A stretch of 64,000 bases of DNA from Flavobacteriaceae bacterium. GTDB lineage: Bacteria; Bacteroidota; Bacteroidia; Flavobacteriales; Flavobacteriaceae. Shown in pieces: positions 35,420 through 46,317 of this stretch (the stretch's first letter is position 1; every line of letters begins with the position of its first letter). A program made the position numbers and the translations under genes. Where the stretch lies: positions 3,729 to 67,728 of the forward strand of contig PBJZ01000018.1 of assembly GCA_002721275.1 (NCBI GenBank), given 5' to 3'. The notes beneath the pieces are model-generated. The model was given only the letters and a program-made list of their open reading frames with translations, did not search any database and was not told the DNA's origin.

Positions 35420-35788
35420 TTAAAGAACTTCAGGTGCCAATGAGACAATTTTCATAAACTGCTTTTCTCTTAATTCTCTGGCCACTGGCCCAAAAACTCT
35501 TGTTCCTCTCATCTCTCCTGTTTCGTTTAACAAGACGCAAGCATTGTCATCAAATCTGATATATGATCCGTCTGGTCTTCTGACCTCTTTTGTTGTTCTG
35601 ACAATAACTGCTGTAGAAACCTGACCTTTTTTTACTGTACCTGCAGGAGTAGCATTCTTGACGGTTACTACTATTTTATCACCTAATGATGCATATCTTC
35701 TCTTTGTACCGCCCAAAACCCTTATAGTAAGCACTTCCTTAGCGCCAGTATTATCTGCAACTTTAAGCCTTGATTCTTGTTGTACCAT
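35420..35788 (-). CDS. rplN: 50S ribosomal protein L14
   Basis: [18 protein letters not shown]-terminus, 122 aa. Confidence 0.97.
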   Translation of the reverse strand: MVQQESRLKVADNTGAKEVLTIRVLGGTKRRYASLGDKIVVTVKNATPAGTVKKGQVSTAVIVRTTKEVRRPDGSYIRFDDNACVLLNETGEMRGTRVFGPVARELREKQFMKIVSLAPEVL

Positions 35789-35789
35789 A

Positions 35790-36050
35790 TTACTTTGCTC
35801 TTTCTATTATTTCGACTAATCTCCAATTTTTTGTTTTACTCAATGGTCTTGTCTCCATTATCTTTACAGTATCACCTATGTTGCATTCGTTTTGTTCATC
35901 ATGAGCAGTATATTTTTTTGTTTTTAAAACATACTTTCCATACATAGGGTGCTTAGTTCTTTTAACTTCAGAAATAATAATTGATTTCATCATTTTATTA
36001 CTTGTAACTATGCCAATCCTTTCCTTTCTTAAATTTCTATCTGTATTCAT
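35790..36050 (-). CDS. rpsQ: 30S ribosomal protein S17
   Basis: 86 aa with the ..HP.Y.K......K..AHD..N....GD.V.I.E.RPLSK.K.W.L motif. Confidence 0.95.
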   Translation of the reverse strand: MNTDRNLRKERIGIVTSNKMMKSIIISEVKRTKHPMYGKYVLKTKKYTAHDEQNECNIGDTVKIMETRPLSKTKNWRLVEIIERAK

Positions 36051-36061
36051 TTGGAACTATA

Positions 36062-36259
36062 TTATTTGTTTTGTTTTTTATTTGTTGCCATCCTCGTTAA
36101 AATACGTGAAATAATTCTTCTGGTCTTTCTTATTTGTAGTGGATTTTCAATTGGAGAAACTGCATGAGTTAGTTTAAGATCAGCTAGCTTTTTTCTAAAA
36201 TCGGTTAATTTGTCAACTAAATCCTCAGGTGAAAGTATGTCTATCTCTTTTTGTTTCAT
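36062..36259 (-). CDS. rpmC: 50S ribosomal protein L29
   Basis: 65 aa, located between rplP and rpsQ. Confidence 0.9.
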   Translation of the reverse strand: MKQKEIDILSPEDLVDKLTDFRKKLADLKLTHAVSPIENPLQIRKTRRIISRILTRMATNKKQNK

Positions 36260-36264
36260 AGATT

Positions 36265-36684
36265 TTAAATTTGATAATCTCTAGCAATTATAAATTTTGT
36301 TTTAACAGGAAGCTTTTGCGCTGCAAGCCTCAATGCCTCTTTGGCAATTTCTATTGGGACACCTGCTATTTCAAATAAAATTCTACCAGGTTTTACAACT
36401 GCTACGAAATATTCTGGGGCACCCTTTCCTTTTCCCATTCTGACCTCTAGTGGTTTTTTTGTAATTGGTTTATCAGGAAATATTTTAATCCATAATTGAC
36501 CCTCTCTTTTCATGTATCGTGTAGCTGCAATTCTAGCTGCTTCAATTTGTCTTGATGTTATGAATTGAGAATCAAGAGTTTTAATTCCAAACATTCCATT
36601 GGATAACAAATTTCCTCTTTGGGATAAACCCTTCATTCTTCCTTTTTGTGCTTTTCGAAATTTTGTTTTTTTTGGTTGTAACAT
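36265..36684 (-). CDS. rplP: 50S ribosomal protein L16
   Basis: [16 protein letters not shown]-terminus, 139 aa. Confidence 0.97.
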   Translation of the reverse strand: MLQPKKTKFRKAQKGRMKGLSQRGNLLSNGMFGIKTLDSQFITSRQIEAARIAATRYMKREGQLWIKIFPDKPITKKPLEVRMGKGKGAPEYFVAVVKPGRILFEIAGVPIEIAKEALRLAAQKLPVKTKFIIARDYQI

Positions 36685-36702
36685 TTGTATAAAAATTTCA
36701 AT

Positions 36703-37428
36703 TTATCTTCTCAATCTTCTAGACTGTCGATTATTTTGCTTACTATTTTTTGAATTGCCTGATGTTTTACTTTGCATTCCAACCAAAGGAGACAATTCTC
36801 TTTTTCCATAAACCTCTCCTTTCATAATCCAAACTTTAACTCCTAATCTACCATAAGTTGTGTGGGCCTCTACTAATGAGTAGTCAATATCAGCTCTAAA
36901 CGTAGACAATGGAATTCTTCCTTGTTTGTATGATTCACTTCTTGCCATTTCTGCACCATTAAGTCTGCCTGAAATCTGAACTTTTATCCCTTCGGCATTC
37001 ATTCTCATTGAGGCTGCTATTGACATCTTAATAGCCCTTCTGTACGATATTCTATTTTCAATTTGTCTTGCTATACTTGATGCAACCAGTTTTGCATCTA
37101 ACTCAGGTCTCTTAATTTCATGGATATTAATCTGTATGTCCTTCTTAGTAATTTTTTTTAGCTCCTCTTTTAGCTTGTCGACTTCTTGTCCAGCTTTTCC
37201 TATGATAATTCCTGGTCTTGCTGTTGTTATGGTAACAGTAATTAATTTTAATGTTCTTTCAATTATAACATTTGAAACACTGGCTTTTTGAAGCCTTACA
37301 AAAATATATTTTCGAATTTTATCATCCTCTGCTAAATTATTTCCATAGTCGCTGCCACCATACCAGTTTGAATCCCAGCCTCTGATAATTCCTAAACGAT
37401 TTCCAATTGGATTTGTCTTTTGTCCCAT
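36703..37428 (-). CDS. rpsC: 30S ribosomal protein S3
   Basis: [13 protein letters not shown]-terminus, 241 aa with a basic C-terminal extension. Confidence 0.97.
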   Translation of the reverse strand: MGQKTNPIGNRLGIIRGWDSNWYGGSDYGNNLAEDDKIRKYIFVRLQKASVSNVIIERTLKLITVTITTARPGIIIGKAGQEVDKLKEELKKITKKDIQINIHEIKRPELDAKLVASSIARQIENRISYRRAIKMSIAASMRMNAEGIKVQISGRLNGAEMARSESYKQGRIPLSTFRADIDYSLVEAHTTYGRLGVKVWIMKGEVYGKRELSPLVGMQSKTSGNSKNSKQNNRQSRRLRR

Positions 37429-37433
37429 ATGTG

Positions 37434-37838
37434 TTAGTTTTGAATATTATTAGCTCCCAGTATCATAGTAACATGGTTTGATCGTTTTCTAATCCTGTGA
37501 GCACGACCCTGTGGAGCAGTTCTAAGCCTCTTCAACATACTTCCACTGTCAACTCTAATCTCCTTTATGAATAATGATGCCTTTTCAAAATCTGAGTTTT
37601 CATTTTTTGACTGCCAATTATTAATGGCAGTCAATAATAGTTTTTCAAGGCGTCTTGATGCCTCTTTGGGGCTAAATTTTAAAATTGAAAGGGCGCTGTC
37701 AATACCAAGTCCTCTAACCTGATCAGCTACGAGCCTCATCTTACGAGGTGATGTTGGACAGTTATTTAATTTAGCAAAGAAAATATTTTTTTTATTTTCC
37801 TTAAATTTTTCCGCGCTTTGTCTCTTTCTATTTCCCAT
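37434..37838 (-). CDS. rplV: 50S ribosomal protein L22
   Basis: 134 aa with the SPRK.RLVAD.VRG motif. Confidence 0.95.
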   Translation of the reverse strand: MGNRKRQSAEKFKENKKNIFFAKLNNCPTSPRKMRLVADQVRGLGIDSALSILKFSPKEASRRLEKLLLTAINNWQSKNENSDFEKASLFIKEIRVDSGSMLKRLRTAPQGRAHRIRKRSNHVTMILGANNIQN

Positions 37839-37844
37839 TAAAAT

Positions 37845-38123
37845 TTATTTTTTTCCCTTATTTTTTGCTCCAGCATGTCCTCTAAAAGATCTTGTAGGTG
37901 AAAATTCACCTAACTTGTGTCCAACCATATTTTCAGTTATGTAAACCGGTATATGTGTTTTTCCATTGTGAACACCAATAGTTTGGCCGACAAAATCTGG
38001 AGTTATTAGAGATGATCTAGACCAAGTCTTAATAACGACTTTTTTATTACTTTCAATATTCTTATTTATTTTCAAAATAAGACTGCTGCTTACAAAAGGG
38101 CCTTTTTTTAACGAACGTGCCAT
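37845..38123 (-). CDS. rpsS: 30S ribosomal protein S19
   Basis: [11 protein letters not shown]-terminus, 92 aa. Confidence 0.97.
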   Translation of the reverse strand: MARSLKKGPFVSSSLILKINKNIESNKKVVIKTWSRSSLITPDFVGQTIGVHNGKTHIPVYITENMVGHKLGEFSPTRSFRGHAGAKNKGKK

Positions 38124-38126
38124 ATA

Positions 38127-38951
38127 TTATTTTTTTCTTCTTTCTATTATAAACTTACTGCTTGCTTTTGTTTTCGATCTTGTTCTGAAACCCTTAGCAG
38201 GAACACCATTTCTTGATCTTGGGTGCCCACCAGAAGCCCTACCTTCTCCTCCTCCCATTGGATGGTCAACAGGATTCATAGCCACTGGTCTAGTTCTTGG
38301 TCTTCGACCTAACCATCTTGATCTACCCGCCTTGCCAGAAACCAACAATTGGTGGTCAGAATTTGATACTGCTCCAATAGCTGCATAACAATCGACCTGA
38401 ATCAATCTTGTCTCACCAGAAGGCATTTTTATTGTTGCAAATTTACCTTCCCTTGCCATGAGTTGTGCAAATGAACCTGCACTTCTTGATATTACGGCTC
38501 CGGCACCAGGCCTCAGCTCAATGCATGAGATAATTGTACCAAGTGGAATCTTTGACAGTGGTAGTGCATTGCCAAGTTCGGGAGGAGCAGAAACTCCTGA
38601 GGTTATCTTTTGTCCAATCTTAAGTCCTGATTGAGCAATGATGTATCTTTTATCACCATTTTTGTACTCAACTAAAGAAATGAATGATGTTCGGTTAGGA
38701 TCATATTCGACTGATTTAACCTCGCCAACAACATCGAAATTATCACGCTTAAAATCAATTAATCTGTAACGCTTTTTATGTCCTCCACCGCGGTAGCGTA
38801 TAGTCATCCTACCTTTGTTATTCCTTCCACCACTCCTTTTTTTTGGTTCGAGCAATGTCTTTTCTGGGGTACTGGAAGTAATCGATTCAAATCCATTAAC
38901 TACTCTAAAGCGCTGTGCAGGTGTTACTGGTTTTAATTTTCTTACAGGCAT
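38127..38951 (-). CDS. rplB: 50S ribosomal protein L2
   Basis: 274 aa with the GRNN.GR.T.R.RGGGHK and [13 protein letters not shown] motifs. Confidence 0.97.
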   Translation of the reverse strand: MPVRKLKPVTPAQRFRVVNGFESITSSTPEKTLLEPKKRSGGRNNKGRMTIRYRGGGHKKRYRLIDFKRDNFDVVGEVKSVEYDPNRTSFISLVEYKNGDKRYIIAQSGLKIGQKITSGVSAPPELGNALPLSKIPLGTIISCIELRPGAGAVISRSAGSFAQLMAREGKFATIKMPSGETRLIQVDCYAAIGAVSNSDHQLLVSGKAGRSRWLGRRPRTRPVAMNPVDHPMGGGEGRASGGHPRSRNGVPAKGFRTRSKTKASSKFIIERRKK

Positions 38952-38965
38952 TTTTCTCTTTATTT

Positions 38966-39256
38966 TTATAAATTAGAATAAAAATCAATTTGACTACCCT
39001 CATCAAGATGGACTATAGCCTTTTTTATTGAATTTGACTTTCCTTTTTGAATACCATTCTTTGTAAATTTTGTTTTTCTGACAGGCCCATAATTCATGGT
39101 TCTGACCTTTAAAACACTGACCTGATAATATTCTTCTATAGCCTTCTTGATTTCAACTTTATTTGATTTACTATCCACCAAAAAGGTGTAATTGTTACTA
39201 AGCTCACTATCTGATGTAGCTTTTTCGGTTATGATTGGTTTTAAAATAATACTCAT
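38966..39256 (-). CDS. rplW: 50S ribosomal protein L23
   Basis: 96 aa, at the correct S10-operon position. Confidence 0.93.
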   Translation of the reverse strand: MSIILKPIITEKATSDSELSNNYTFLVDSKSNKVEIKKAIEEYYQVSVLKVRTMNYGPVRKTKFTKNGIQKGKSNSIKKAIVHLDEGSQIDFYSNL

Positions 39257-39267
39257 ACAGCTTAGAC

Positions 39268-39894
39268 TTAACTTAAAATACCCTCTATATCTGAAATCGA
39301 ATTTTCTACAAGAATTAAACTTACAGCATTTAATATTTTGTAAGTATTTAATTCAGAGGTTGTTATAACTTCAGAATTTTTTAAATTACGAGAGGACAAA
39401 TATACATTTTTATTTGGCTCTCCCAATACTAACAGAGATTTTTTAGACTCAATTTTTAATGCTTTTAAAATATTGATATAACTAGAAGTTTTAACCTCAG
39501 GTAATTCAAAATTCTCTAATACAATAATTTCTTTTTGTTTGGCTTTCATCGATAAAGCAGATTTTCTGGCTAAACGTTTAACTTTTTTATTTACCTTTTG
39601 TGAGTAATCCCTTGGTTTTGGACCAAAAACTCTTCCACCTCCTCTAAATAATGGATTTTTTATGTTCCCTGCTCTGGCTGTTCCTGTACCTTTTTGCTTT
39701 TTAATTTTTCTCGTAGACCCAACGATTTCTGACCTTTCTTTTGATTTGTGTGTCCCTTGTCGTTTATTAGCAAGATGTTGTTTGACATCTAAGTAAACCG
39801 CATGATCACTTGGATCTATTGCAAAAACCAACGGGTTTAACTTTACTTTTTTTCCGGTATCTTTTCCTTTTGTATTTAAAACTTTAATTTCCAT
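39268..39894 (-). CDS. rplD: 50S ribosomal protein L4
   Basis: 208 aa with the ...KQKGTG.AR.G....P.FRGGG..FGPKPR motif. Confidence 0.96.
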   Translation of the reverse strand: MEIKVLNTKGKDTGKKVKLNPLVFAIDPSDHAVYLDVKQHLANKRQGTHKSKERSEIVGSTRKIKKQKGTGTARAGNIKNPLFRGGGRVFGPKPRDYSQKVNKKVKRLARKSALSMKAKQKEIIVLENFELPEVKTSSYINILKALKIESKKSLLVLGEPNKNVYLSSRNLKNSEVITTSELNTYKILNAVSLILVENSISDIEGILS

Positions 39895-40511
39895 TACTTA
39901 GTTATTGAAATATATGAATTCTTATGTCCGGGCACACAACCTTTTAGTATAATTATATTTTTATCCAAAACAACTTTTAGTACACGAAGATTTTGAATTG
40001 TATTTTTTTTGTTTCCAGTTTGACCAGCCATTCGCATACCCTTAAAAACCCTCGCAGGGTATGAAGCAGCTCCAATTGAACCTGGTGCTCTTAAACGATT
40101 GTGTTGACCATGAGTAGATTGACCCACACCAGCAAAACCGTGACGCTTAACAACGCCTTGGAACCCCTTTCCTTTTGAAATACCTGAAACATCGACAAAC
40201 TCCCCTTCATTAAAATGATCAACTCTAATCTCATCTCCCAACTTAAAATTGTATTCAAAATTCTTGAATTCTTGTACCTTTTTTTTGACTAAAGCTTTAG
40301 CTTTTTTAAAATGGTTTAATTTAGACTTAACAATATTTTTTTCTGAAACATCATCATAACCTAGCTGAATCGAATTGTAACCATCATTTTGTTTTGTTTT
40401 TACTTGAGTCACAACACATGGTCCTGCTTCGATAATAGTGCATGGTATGTTTTTTCCTTCATTATCAAAGATCGAAGTCATTCCAATTTTTTTTCCAATT
40501 ATTCCAGACAT
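39894..40511 (-). CDS. rplC: 50S ribosomal protein L3
   Basis: 205 aa with GIIGKK.GMT and KG.GFQG..KRH.F motifs. Confidence 0.96.
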   Translation of the reverse strand: MSGIIGKKIGMTSIFDNEGKNIPCTIIEAGPCVVTQVKTKQNDGYNSIQLGYDDVSEKNIVKSKLNHFKKAKALVKKKVQEFKNFEYNFKLGDEIRVDHFNEGEFVDVSGISKGKGFQGVVKRHGFAGVGQSTHGQHNRLRAPGSIGAASYPARVFKGMRMAGQTGNKKNTIQNLRVLKVVLDKNIIILKGCVPGHKNSYISITK

Positions 40512-40526
40512 TTGTATCGTTGTTAA

Positions 40527-40832
40527 TTAAACTTTAATTTCTACCTCAACTCCACTTGGAAGTTCTAATTTCATGAGCGCATCAATGGTTTTTGATGAAG
40601 AGCTATATATATCTAAGAGCCTTTTATAGTATGATAATTTAAATTGTTCCCGTGATTTTTTATTAACATGAGGTGAACGCAAGACTGTAAAAATCTTTTT
40701 ATTTGTTGGTAGAGGAATTGGTCCAGTAACAACCGCACCTGTTGTTTTGACTGTTTTGACAATTTTGTCAGCAGATTTATCAACTAGATTGTGGTCGTAT
40801 GATTTCAGTTTTATTCTAATTTTTTGGCTCAT
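40527..40832 (-). CDS. rpsJ: 30S ribosomal protein S10
   Basis: The track ORF (to 40862) overlaps the fusA 3' end. The internal ATG at 40832 gives [14 protein letters not shown]..., 101 aa, the canonical S10 N-terminus and length. Confidence 0.93.
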   Translation of the reverse strand: MSQKIRIKLKSYDHNLVDKSADKIVKTVKTTGAVVTGPIPLPTNKKIFTVLRSPHVNKKSREQFKLSYYKRLLDIYSSSSKTIDALMKLELPSGVEVEIKV

Positions 40833-40839
40833 TAATTTA

Positions 40840-42966
40840 CTAATTATTATTTCCTTTGACATCTGCGATTACAGATTCAGATATATTTGTTGGTGTTTCA
40901 GAATAGTGAGAAAACTCCATAGTTGAAGTTGCTCTTCCAGAGGATAGCGTTCTGAGGGAAGTCACATATCCAAACATTTCAGATAAGGGAACCTCAGCTT
41001 TTACAACTTTTGAACCTGCTCTATCATCCATTGAATTTACTTGACCCCTTCTCCTATTGAGATCCCCAACAATATCACCCATGTTTTCTTCTGGAGTTAG
41101 TACCTCTAATTTCATGATTGGTTCCATTATAACTGCTTTTGCTGCTTTTGCTGCCTGTTTAAATCCAAGTTTTGCAGCTAATTCAAAAGACAGTGAATCA
41201 GAATCTACGGCATGAAAAGAACCGTCTTTTAATGTGATTTTCATTGCATCAACTTCAAAACCTGCTAAGGGTCCATTATTCATTGACATTTTAAACCCTT
41301 TTTCTACAGATGGAATATATTCTTTTGGGATGTTACCACCCTTGATTAAGTTTATAAATTCAAGACCAGACTTTCCTTCATCAGCTGGTTCGATCTCAAA
41401 AACTATATCTGCAAACTTACCTCTACCACCAGATTGTTTTTTATAAACCTCACGGTGTTCGGCTTTAGAGGTTAGAGCTTCTTTATATTCTACTTGTGGT
41501 TGGCCTTGATTTACCTCAACTTTAAACTCTCTTCGAAGTCTATCAATTATAATATCAAGGTGAAGCTCCCCCATTCCTGAGATTATTGTTTGACCAGAAG
41601 CTTCATCTGTTTTTACTTGAAAAGTAGGATCTTCTTCGGCTAATTTCGATAAAGACATCCCTAACTTATCAACGTCAGCTTTGGTCTTAGGCTCAACAGC
41701 AATTCCAATAACTGGGTCAGGGAAATTCATACTCTCCAAAATAATAGGTGACTTTTCATCTGATAATGTATCTCCTGTTTTGATATCTTTAAATCCAACT
41801 GCAGCACCTATATCACCAGCTTCTATGTATTCGACAGAATTTTGCTTGTTTGAGTGCATTTGATATATCCTTGAAATTCTCTCTTTGTTTCCTGAACGAT
41901 TATTTAAAACGTATGAGCCGGCTTCAAGACGTCCAGAATATGCACGAAAAAAGGCTAAACGTCCAACGAATGGATCAGTAGCAATTTTGAACGCTAAAGC
42001 TGAAAATGGTTCATCTACAGATGGTTTTCTTGAAATGTCTATATCAGATTTCGGATCTAATCCGACAATAGCATCTTTATCCTCTGGTGAAGGTAAATAT
42101 CTGCATACTGCGTCCAACAAAAACTGCACTCCTTTGTTTTTAAAGGAAGATCCACAAATCATTGGAATTATGCTAATATCTTGCGTGGCAGCCCTGAGTG
42201 CACTATGTACTTCATCCTCAGTAATACTGTCAGGATCATCAAAAAACTTCTCTAATAAAACTTCATCGTACTCTGCAACAGCTTCAATTAGGTTATTTCT
42301 TAACTTATTTGCTTCATCTTTTAAATCCTCAGGTATATCAACTATATCGAAGGTTGAACCATAATTTTCATCATGCCATACAATAGCACGGTTTTTAACT
42401 AAATCAACAATACCCTTAAAGTTATCTTCATCTCCAATATTCAGTACAATTGGAACGGCATTTGATTTTAACATATCTTTTACTTGGTTACATACACCAA
42501 TAAAATTTGCACCTTGTCGATCCATTTTATTTACAAAGCCTATTCGAGGTACCTTATAGTTATCAGCAAGTCTCCAATTAGTCTCTGACTGAGGCTCAAC
42601 ACCGTCTACTGCTGAAAACAGAAACACAAGACCATCAAGAACTCTTAAGGATCTATTAACCTCAACTGTAAAGTCAACATGACCAGGGGTATCAATTATG
42701 TTAAATTTGAAGTCTTTGGAGCTTTCTATTAATTTTCCTTGTTCTGTTGGAAAGGACCAATTGCAGGTGGTTGCTGCAGATGTGATTGTTATTCCTCTTT
42801 CTTGTTCCTGTTCCATCCAATCCATCGTAGCTGCTCCGTCATGTACTTCCCCGATTTTGTGGCTAACACCAGTGTAAAATAAAATCCTTTCAGTTGTAGT
42901 TGTTTTTCCAGCATCGATATGAGCTGCTATTCCAATGTTTCGAGTATATTTTAAATTACGTGACAT
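40840..42966 (-). CDS. fusA: Elongation factor G
   Basis: 708 aa with [23 protein letters not shown] and NKMD GTPase motifs. Confidence 0.97.
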   Translation of the reverse strand: MSRNLKYTRNIGIAAHIDAGKTTTTERILFYTGVSHKIGEVHDGAATMDWMEQEQERGITITSAATTCNWSFPTEQGKLIESSKDFKFNIIDTPGHVDFTVEVNRSLRVLDGLVFLFSAVDGVEPQSETNWRLADNYKVPRIGFVNKMDRQGANFIGVCNQVKDMLKSNAVPIVLNIGDEDNFKGIVDLVKNRAIVWHDENYGSTFDIVDIPEDLKDEANKLRNNLIEAVAEYDEVLLEKFFDDPDSITEDEVHSALRAATQDISIIPMICGSSFKNKGVQFLLDAVCRYLPSPEDKDAIVGLDPKSDIDISRKPSVDEPFSALAFKIATDPFVGRLAFFRAYSGRLEAGSYVLNNRSGNKERISRIYQMHSNKQNSVEYIEAGDIGAAVGFKDIKTGDTLSDEKSPIILESMNFPDPVIGIAVEPKTKADVDKLGMSLSKLAEEDPTFQVKTDEASGQTIISGMGELHLDIIIDRLRREFKVEVNQGQPQVEYKEALTSKAEHREVYKKQSGGRGKFADIVFEIEPADEGKSGLEFINLIKGGNIPKEYIPSVEKGFKMSMNNGPLAGFEVDAMKITLKDGSFHAVDSDSLSFELAAKLGFKQAAKAAKAVIMEPIMKLEVLTPEENMGDIVGDLNRRRGQVNSMDDRAGSKVVKAEVPLSEMFGYVTSLRTLSSGRATSTMEFSHYSETPTNISESVIADVKGNNN

Positions 42967-42977
42967 ATTTTTTGCAG

Positions 42978-43454
42978 TTAAAATCTAAAATGAGAAAATG
43001 CTTTATTTGCTTCAGCCATTTTGTGAGTATCAACTCTTTTTTTCACTGCAGCTCCTTCTTCTTTTGCAGCTGCAATACATTCATTTGCTAGCTTTAGCGC
43101 CATGGATTTTTCGTTTCGTTTCCTGGAGTAACTTATCAGCCATTTCATTGCAAGAGACACCTTGCGATCAGGGCGAATTTGCATTGGGATTTGAAAAGTG
43201 GCGCCTCCTACTCTTCTGCTTCTTACTTCTACATGAGGCATTACATTAGACAATGCATCTTTCCATATTTCAATTGCAGATTTTCCGTCGTTGTCTTTTC
43301 TTTCATTTATTATTTCGATCGCATCATAAAAAACCCTGAATGCAGTAGATTTTTTCCCATCCCACATTAAATTGTTAACAAACCTTGAGACAAGTTGATC
43401 ATTAAACTTTGGGTCTGGTAATAATGGTCTTTTTTTAGCTTGTCTTTTTCTCAT
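42978..43454 (-). CDS. rpsG: 30S ribosomal protein S7
   Basis: 158 aa with the ...LPDPKF......FVN..M.DGKKS.A motif. Confidence 0.97.
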   Translation of the reverse strand: MRKRQAKKRPLLPDPKFNDQLVSRFVNNLMWDGKKSTAFRVFYDAIEIINERKDNDGKSAIEIWKDALSNVMPHVEVRSRRVGGATFQIPMQIRPDRKVSLAMKWLISYSRKRNEKSMALKLANECIAAAKEEGAAVKKRVDTHKMAEANKAFSHFRF

Positions 43455-43466
43455 TTTGGTCTATTT

Positions 43467-43841
43467 TTATTTTTTAGGGCGTTTGGCTCCATATTTAGAT
43501 CTTCTTTGAAGCCTTCCTTCTACTCCTGCGGTATCTAGCGCTCCTCTTACGATATGATATCGAACACCTGGTAAATCTTTGACACGACCACCTCTGACTA
43601 AAACAATGGAGTGTTCCTGTAAATTATGGCCCTCTCCTGGTATGTATGCATTTACTTCTTTCGCGTTGGTTAATCTAACCCTAGCGACTTTTCGCATTGC
43701 AGAATTTGGTTTTTTTGGGGTTGTAGTGTAAACTCTTGTGCAAACTCCTCTTTTTTGAGGGCAAGATTCCAAAGCAGCTGATTTGCTTTTCTTAATATTG
43801 GAAACTCTTCCTTTTCTAACTAATTGTGCAATAGTTGGCAT
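43467..43841 (-). CDS. rpsL: 30S ribosomal protein S12
   Basis: MPTI.QL.RKGR N-terminus with PKKPNSA.RKV.RVRL, 124 aa. Confidence 0.97.
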   Translation of the reverse strand: MPTIAQLVRKGRVSNIKKSKSAALESCPQKRGVCTRVYTTTPKKPNSAMRKVARVRLTNAKEVNAYIPGEGHNLQEHSIVLVRGGRVKDLPGVRYHIVRGALDTAGVEGRLQRRSKYGAKRPKK

Positions 43842-43884
43842 GATTAATTTTAATTTTTTTGTTCTAAACCCTTATTTGAGCGTG

Positions 43885-43892
43885 CAAATTTA
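43885..43892 (-). promoter_or_regulatory. Candidate Bacteroidota -7 box (TAAATTTG) for the rpsL-to-rplQ cluster
   Basis: The plus strand reads caaattta, which is TAAATTTG on the minus strand. A TTG (plus-strand caa) lies 18 nt upstream at 43911-43913. The box ends 43 nt before the rpsL ATG. Confidence 0.4.
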
Positions 43893-44066
43893 TGATATTT
43901 TTTTGTCTTTCAACTTTTTAATACTTGTTTTTTTAGCAAAAAAATAAGATTTGAAAGAAAAAATGAAAAATGAAAAATGATAAAAATCGATACCTAAATA
44001 CTTAAGTATTTCATTTTTAATAACTTATATGTTTTCAACAATCTCAACTGATAAAAATATAAACAG

Positions 44067-44074
44067 TAAATTTG
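44067..44074 (+). promoter_or_regulatory. Candidate -7 box (TAAATTTG) 4 nt upstream of the rlmB-like ATG (leaderless arrangement)
   Basis: Exact TAnnTTTG match, followed by agat and then ATG at 44079. Confidence 0.4.
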
Positions 44075-44078
44075 AGAT

Positions 44079-44816
44079 ATGGAAAATTCATTTGAAATTT
44101 ATGGTATTCACTCAATAATCGAGGCCATAGAGTCTGGAGTTAATATTGAAAAAGTATGGCTTAAAAAAGGTAAAAAAGGATATTTATTTCAGCGTCTTGA
44201 AAAATCAATTAGAGATAATAAAATTTCTTTCTCATATGTTCCTGAGGAAAAACTCAATAAATTAAAAACCAAAAATCATCAGGGAGCAGTCGCTTTGATA
44301 TCAAAAATTGCTTTTTTTCCGATTGAAAAAATAATTGAAGAGGCTTTTCAAGTTAATTTAAATCCCACTTTTGTTTTGCTAGACCGAGTCACAGACTCAA
44401 GAAACTTGGGAGCTATCTTAAGGTCATGCGCCGCAGCATCAGTTAATGGTGTAATTATTCCGCAAACAGGTAGTGCATTAATTAATGACTTATCAATAAA
44501 AACCTCATCTGGTGGAATATTCAAAGTTCCTATTACGAAAGTGAAACACTTAAAAGATGCAATATATATTTTGAAATCATATGATGTAGAAATTATCGCT
44601 GTAAGTGAAAAGTCAAATAATCATCTATTTAATTCAAAATTAAATCACAGTAGTGCATTTTTATTGGGCTCGGAAGATAAAGGTATTGATAAAGGCTTAA
44701 TTAAATTATGCGATAAGACTATAAAAATACCTATGTATAATTTAATTGATTCTTTAAATGTATCAGTTACAACTGGTATTGTTTTATATGAAAAAATTCG
44801 ACAGAATTTATTTTAA
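44079..44816 (+). CDS. SpoU/TrmH-family RNA 2'-O-methyltransferase, RlmB-like
   Basis: 245 aa. It has an N-terminal L30e-like substrate-binding region (YGIHSIIEAI) and SpoU motifs (D.V.D.RNLGAI.RS, LGSE..GI). Confidence 0.8.
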   Translation: MENSFEIYGIHSIIEAIESGVNIEKVWLKKGKKGYLFQRLEKSIRDNKISFSYVPEEKLNKLKTKNHQGAVALISKIAFFPIEKIIEEAFQVNLNPTFVLLDRVTDSRNLGAILRSCAAASVNGVIIPQTGSALINDLSIKTSSGGIFKVPITKVKHLKDAIYILKSYDVEIIAVSEKSNNHLFNSKLNHSSAFLLGSEDKGIDKGLIKLCDKTIKIPMYNLIDSLNVSVTTGIVLYEKIRQNLF

Positions 44817-44819
44817 ATA

Positions 44820-46316
44820 TCACCTATTTTTCCAAAAATAAGGAGTGAAAATTACTAGTACAGTAAACAACTCAAGTCTACCAAAAATCATAAGCAGAGA
44901 AGCAATATATTTACCAATATTAGGTAGTGATGAATATGTAAATGATGGGCCATAGTCTCCAATCGCTGGTCCAACATTACCTAGGCTTGCTGCTGATACC
45001 CCAAGAGCAGATTCAAAATCTAAGCCAAGTAAAGTAAAAGAAAATGATCCAAACACAAACAGCAAAATATATAAAATAAAGAAGGTGTATATGTTATGTA
45101 TAATATTTTGCTCTAATATCGATTTATTATATCTTGGTTTTATTATTGCACTTGGGTGCAAAGATCTTTTCAGTTCAAGAAATCCACTTTTAATCATCAA
45201 TAGGTGTCTAACAATTTTCACTCCTCCAGATGTTGAACCAGAGGAACCTCCAATAAACATTAGACAAAAGAAAAAAATAGTCAAAAAAGGTGTCCAAGTT
45301 GAAAAATCCCCCGTAACAAGTCCAGTTGTTGTAATAACCGCGATCACCTGAAAAAGTGCATGTCTTATTGAGCTTTCTAACTTTCCATAGACCTGCGGAT
45401 GCTCAAAACTCGATTTTGACAAATCAACGTTAAAGTACAAAACAAAAGCAGCAATGATAAATGAAAAAAAGACAACTAAAAAATAAACCTTAAACTCCTC
45501 ATCTTTCAAAAACTTATATATATTTCCCTTTAATGCAAAATAACTCAAAACAAAATTTGCACCTGAAACAAACATGAAAAACATAATAATGTATTGAATC
45601 ATGGGATTGTTGTTCCAAAAAGCAATACTTTCATTTTTTGTTGAGAATCCTCCAGTTGCTATTGTACTCATAGAGTTGTTTATTGCATCAAAAAAACCCA
45701 TTCCTGCAATATTTAGTAAGAAAGTTTCAACAAAAGTTAATCCAACGTAAATATACCAGAGCCTTTTAGCCGTATCTGTTATTCGTGGGTGTAATTTACT
45801 TCCATTTGGCCCAGGTGCTTCCGCTGAAAAAAGTTGCATACCACCAACTCCAAGTAATGGAAGAATTGCAATCGCTAAAACAATTATACCCATTCCTCCT
45901 ATCCAATGAGTAATACTTCTCCAAAATAGTATGCTTTTTGGAAGGCCTTCAATATTATCTATAATGGTAGCACCAGTTGCAGTATAACCTGAAGAGGTCT
46001 CAAAAAACGCATATGATATATCACTAATTGAATTAGTATAAATAAAAGGGATCATCCCAGAGCATATCATCAAAAGCCATCCCAATGACACAATTATAAA
46101 AACTTCTTTCTTTTGAATTTGCTTGTCATGATTTTTAGTGATAATAAAAAGTATCAATCCAGTTAAAAAAACTATTGTACCGGAACTAAAAAATTCAGAA
46201 GTTACACCATCATTATAATATAGACTCACTAACGTGGACAGAAACATAAATGCACCATTGCATAAAAGTAATACTCCAAACAAATTAATAATTATTTTAT
46301 GATTGATTCTTATCAT
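44820..46316 (-). CDS. trkH: Trk/Ktr-type K+ uptake membrane subunit TrkH
   Basis: The track ORF (to 46370) overlaps trkA. The ATG at 46316 (MIRINHKII...) sits 1 nt after the trkA stop. The protein is polytopic with repeated pore-loop-like T(T)GF / GGS.GSTSGG motifs. Confidence 0.88.
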   Translation of the reverse strand: MIRINHKIIINLFGVLLLCNGAFMFLSTLVSLYYNDGVTSEFFSSGTIVFLTGLILFIITKNHDKQIQKKEVFIIVSLGWLLMICSGMIPFIYTNSISDISYAFFETSSGYTATGATIIDNIEGLPKSILFWRSITHWIGGMGIIVLAIAILPLLGVGGMQLFSAEAPGPNGSKLHPRITDTAKRLWYIYVGLTFVETFLLNIAGMGFFDAINNSMSTIATGGFSTKNESIAFWNNNPMIQYIIMFFMFVSGANFVLSYFALKGNIYKFLKDEEFKVYFLVVFFSFIIAAFVLYFNVDLSKSSFEHPQVYGKLESSIRHALFQVIAVITTTGLVTGDFSTWTPFLTIFFFCLMFIGGSSGSTSGGVKIVRHLLMIKSGFLELKRSLHPSAIIKPRYNKSILEQNIIHNIYTFFILYILLFVFGSFSFTLLGLDFESALGVSAASLGNVGPAIGDYGPSFTYSSLPNIGKYIASLLMIFGRLELFTVLVIFTPYFWKNR

Positions 46317-46317
46317 C

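Noticed and set aside
41885-42364. A 159-aa plus-strand ORF, with further plus-strand ORFs at 41234-41446 and 41681-41863, antisense to fusA.
   Set aside because: They are fully embedded in the highly conserved EF-G gene. The translations are Ser/Pro/Ile-rich without motifs. They are typical antisense shadow ORFs. The same applies to 46703-47059 (antisense to trkA), 51164-51514 (antisense to the Omp85-family gene), 21990-22271 (argS), and 14003-14248 and 13490-13693 (cysteine-synthase-like gene).
43959-43979. Three tandem AAAAATG heptamers in the rpsL/rlmB spacer, considered as a possible regulatory repeat or curved-DNA element.
   Set aside because: There are only three short, AT-rich copies. 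The 7-bp phasing does not match the helical repeat needed for intrinsic curvature. This is likely chance or replication slippage in AT-rich spacer DNA. It is mentioned under the palindrome finding only as context.
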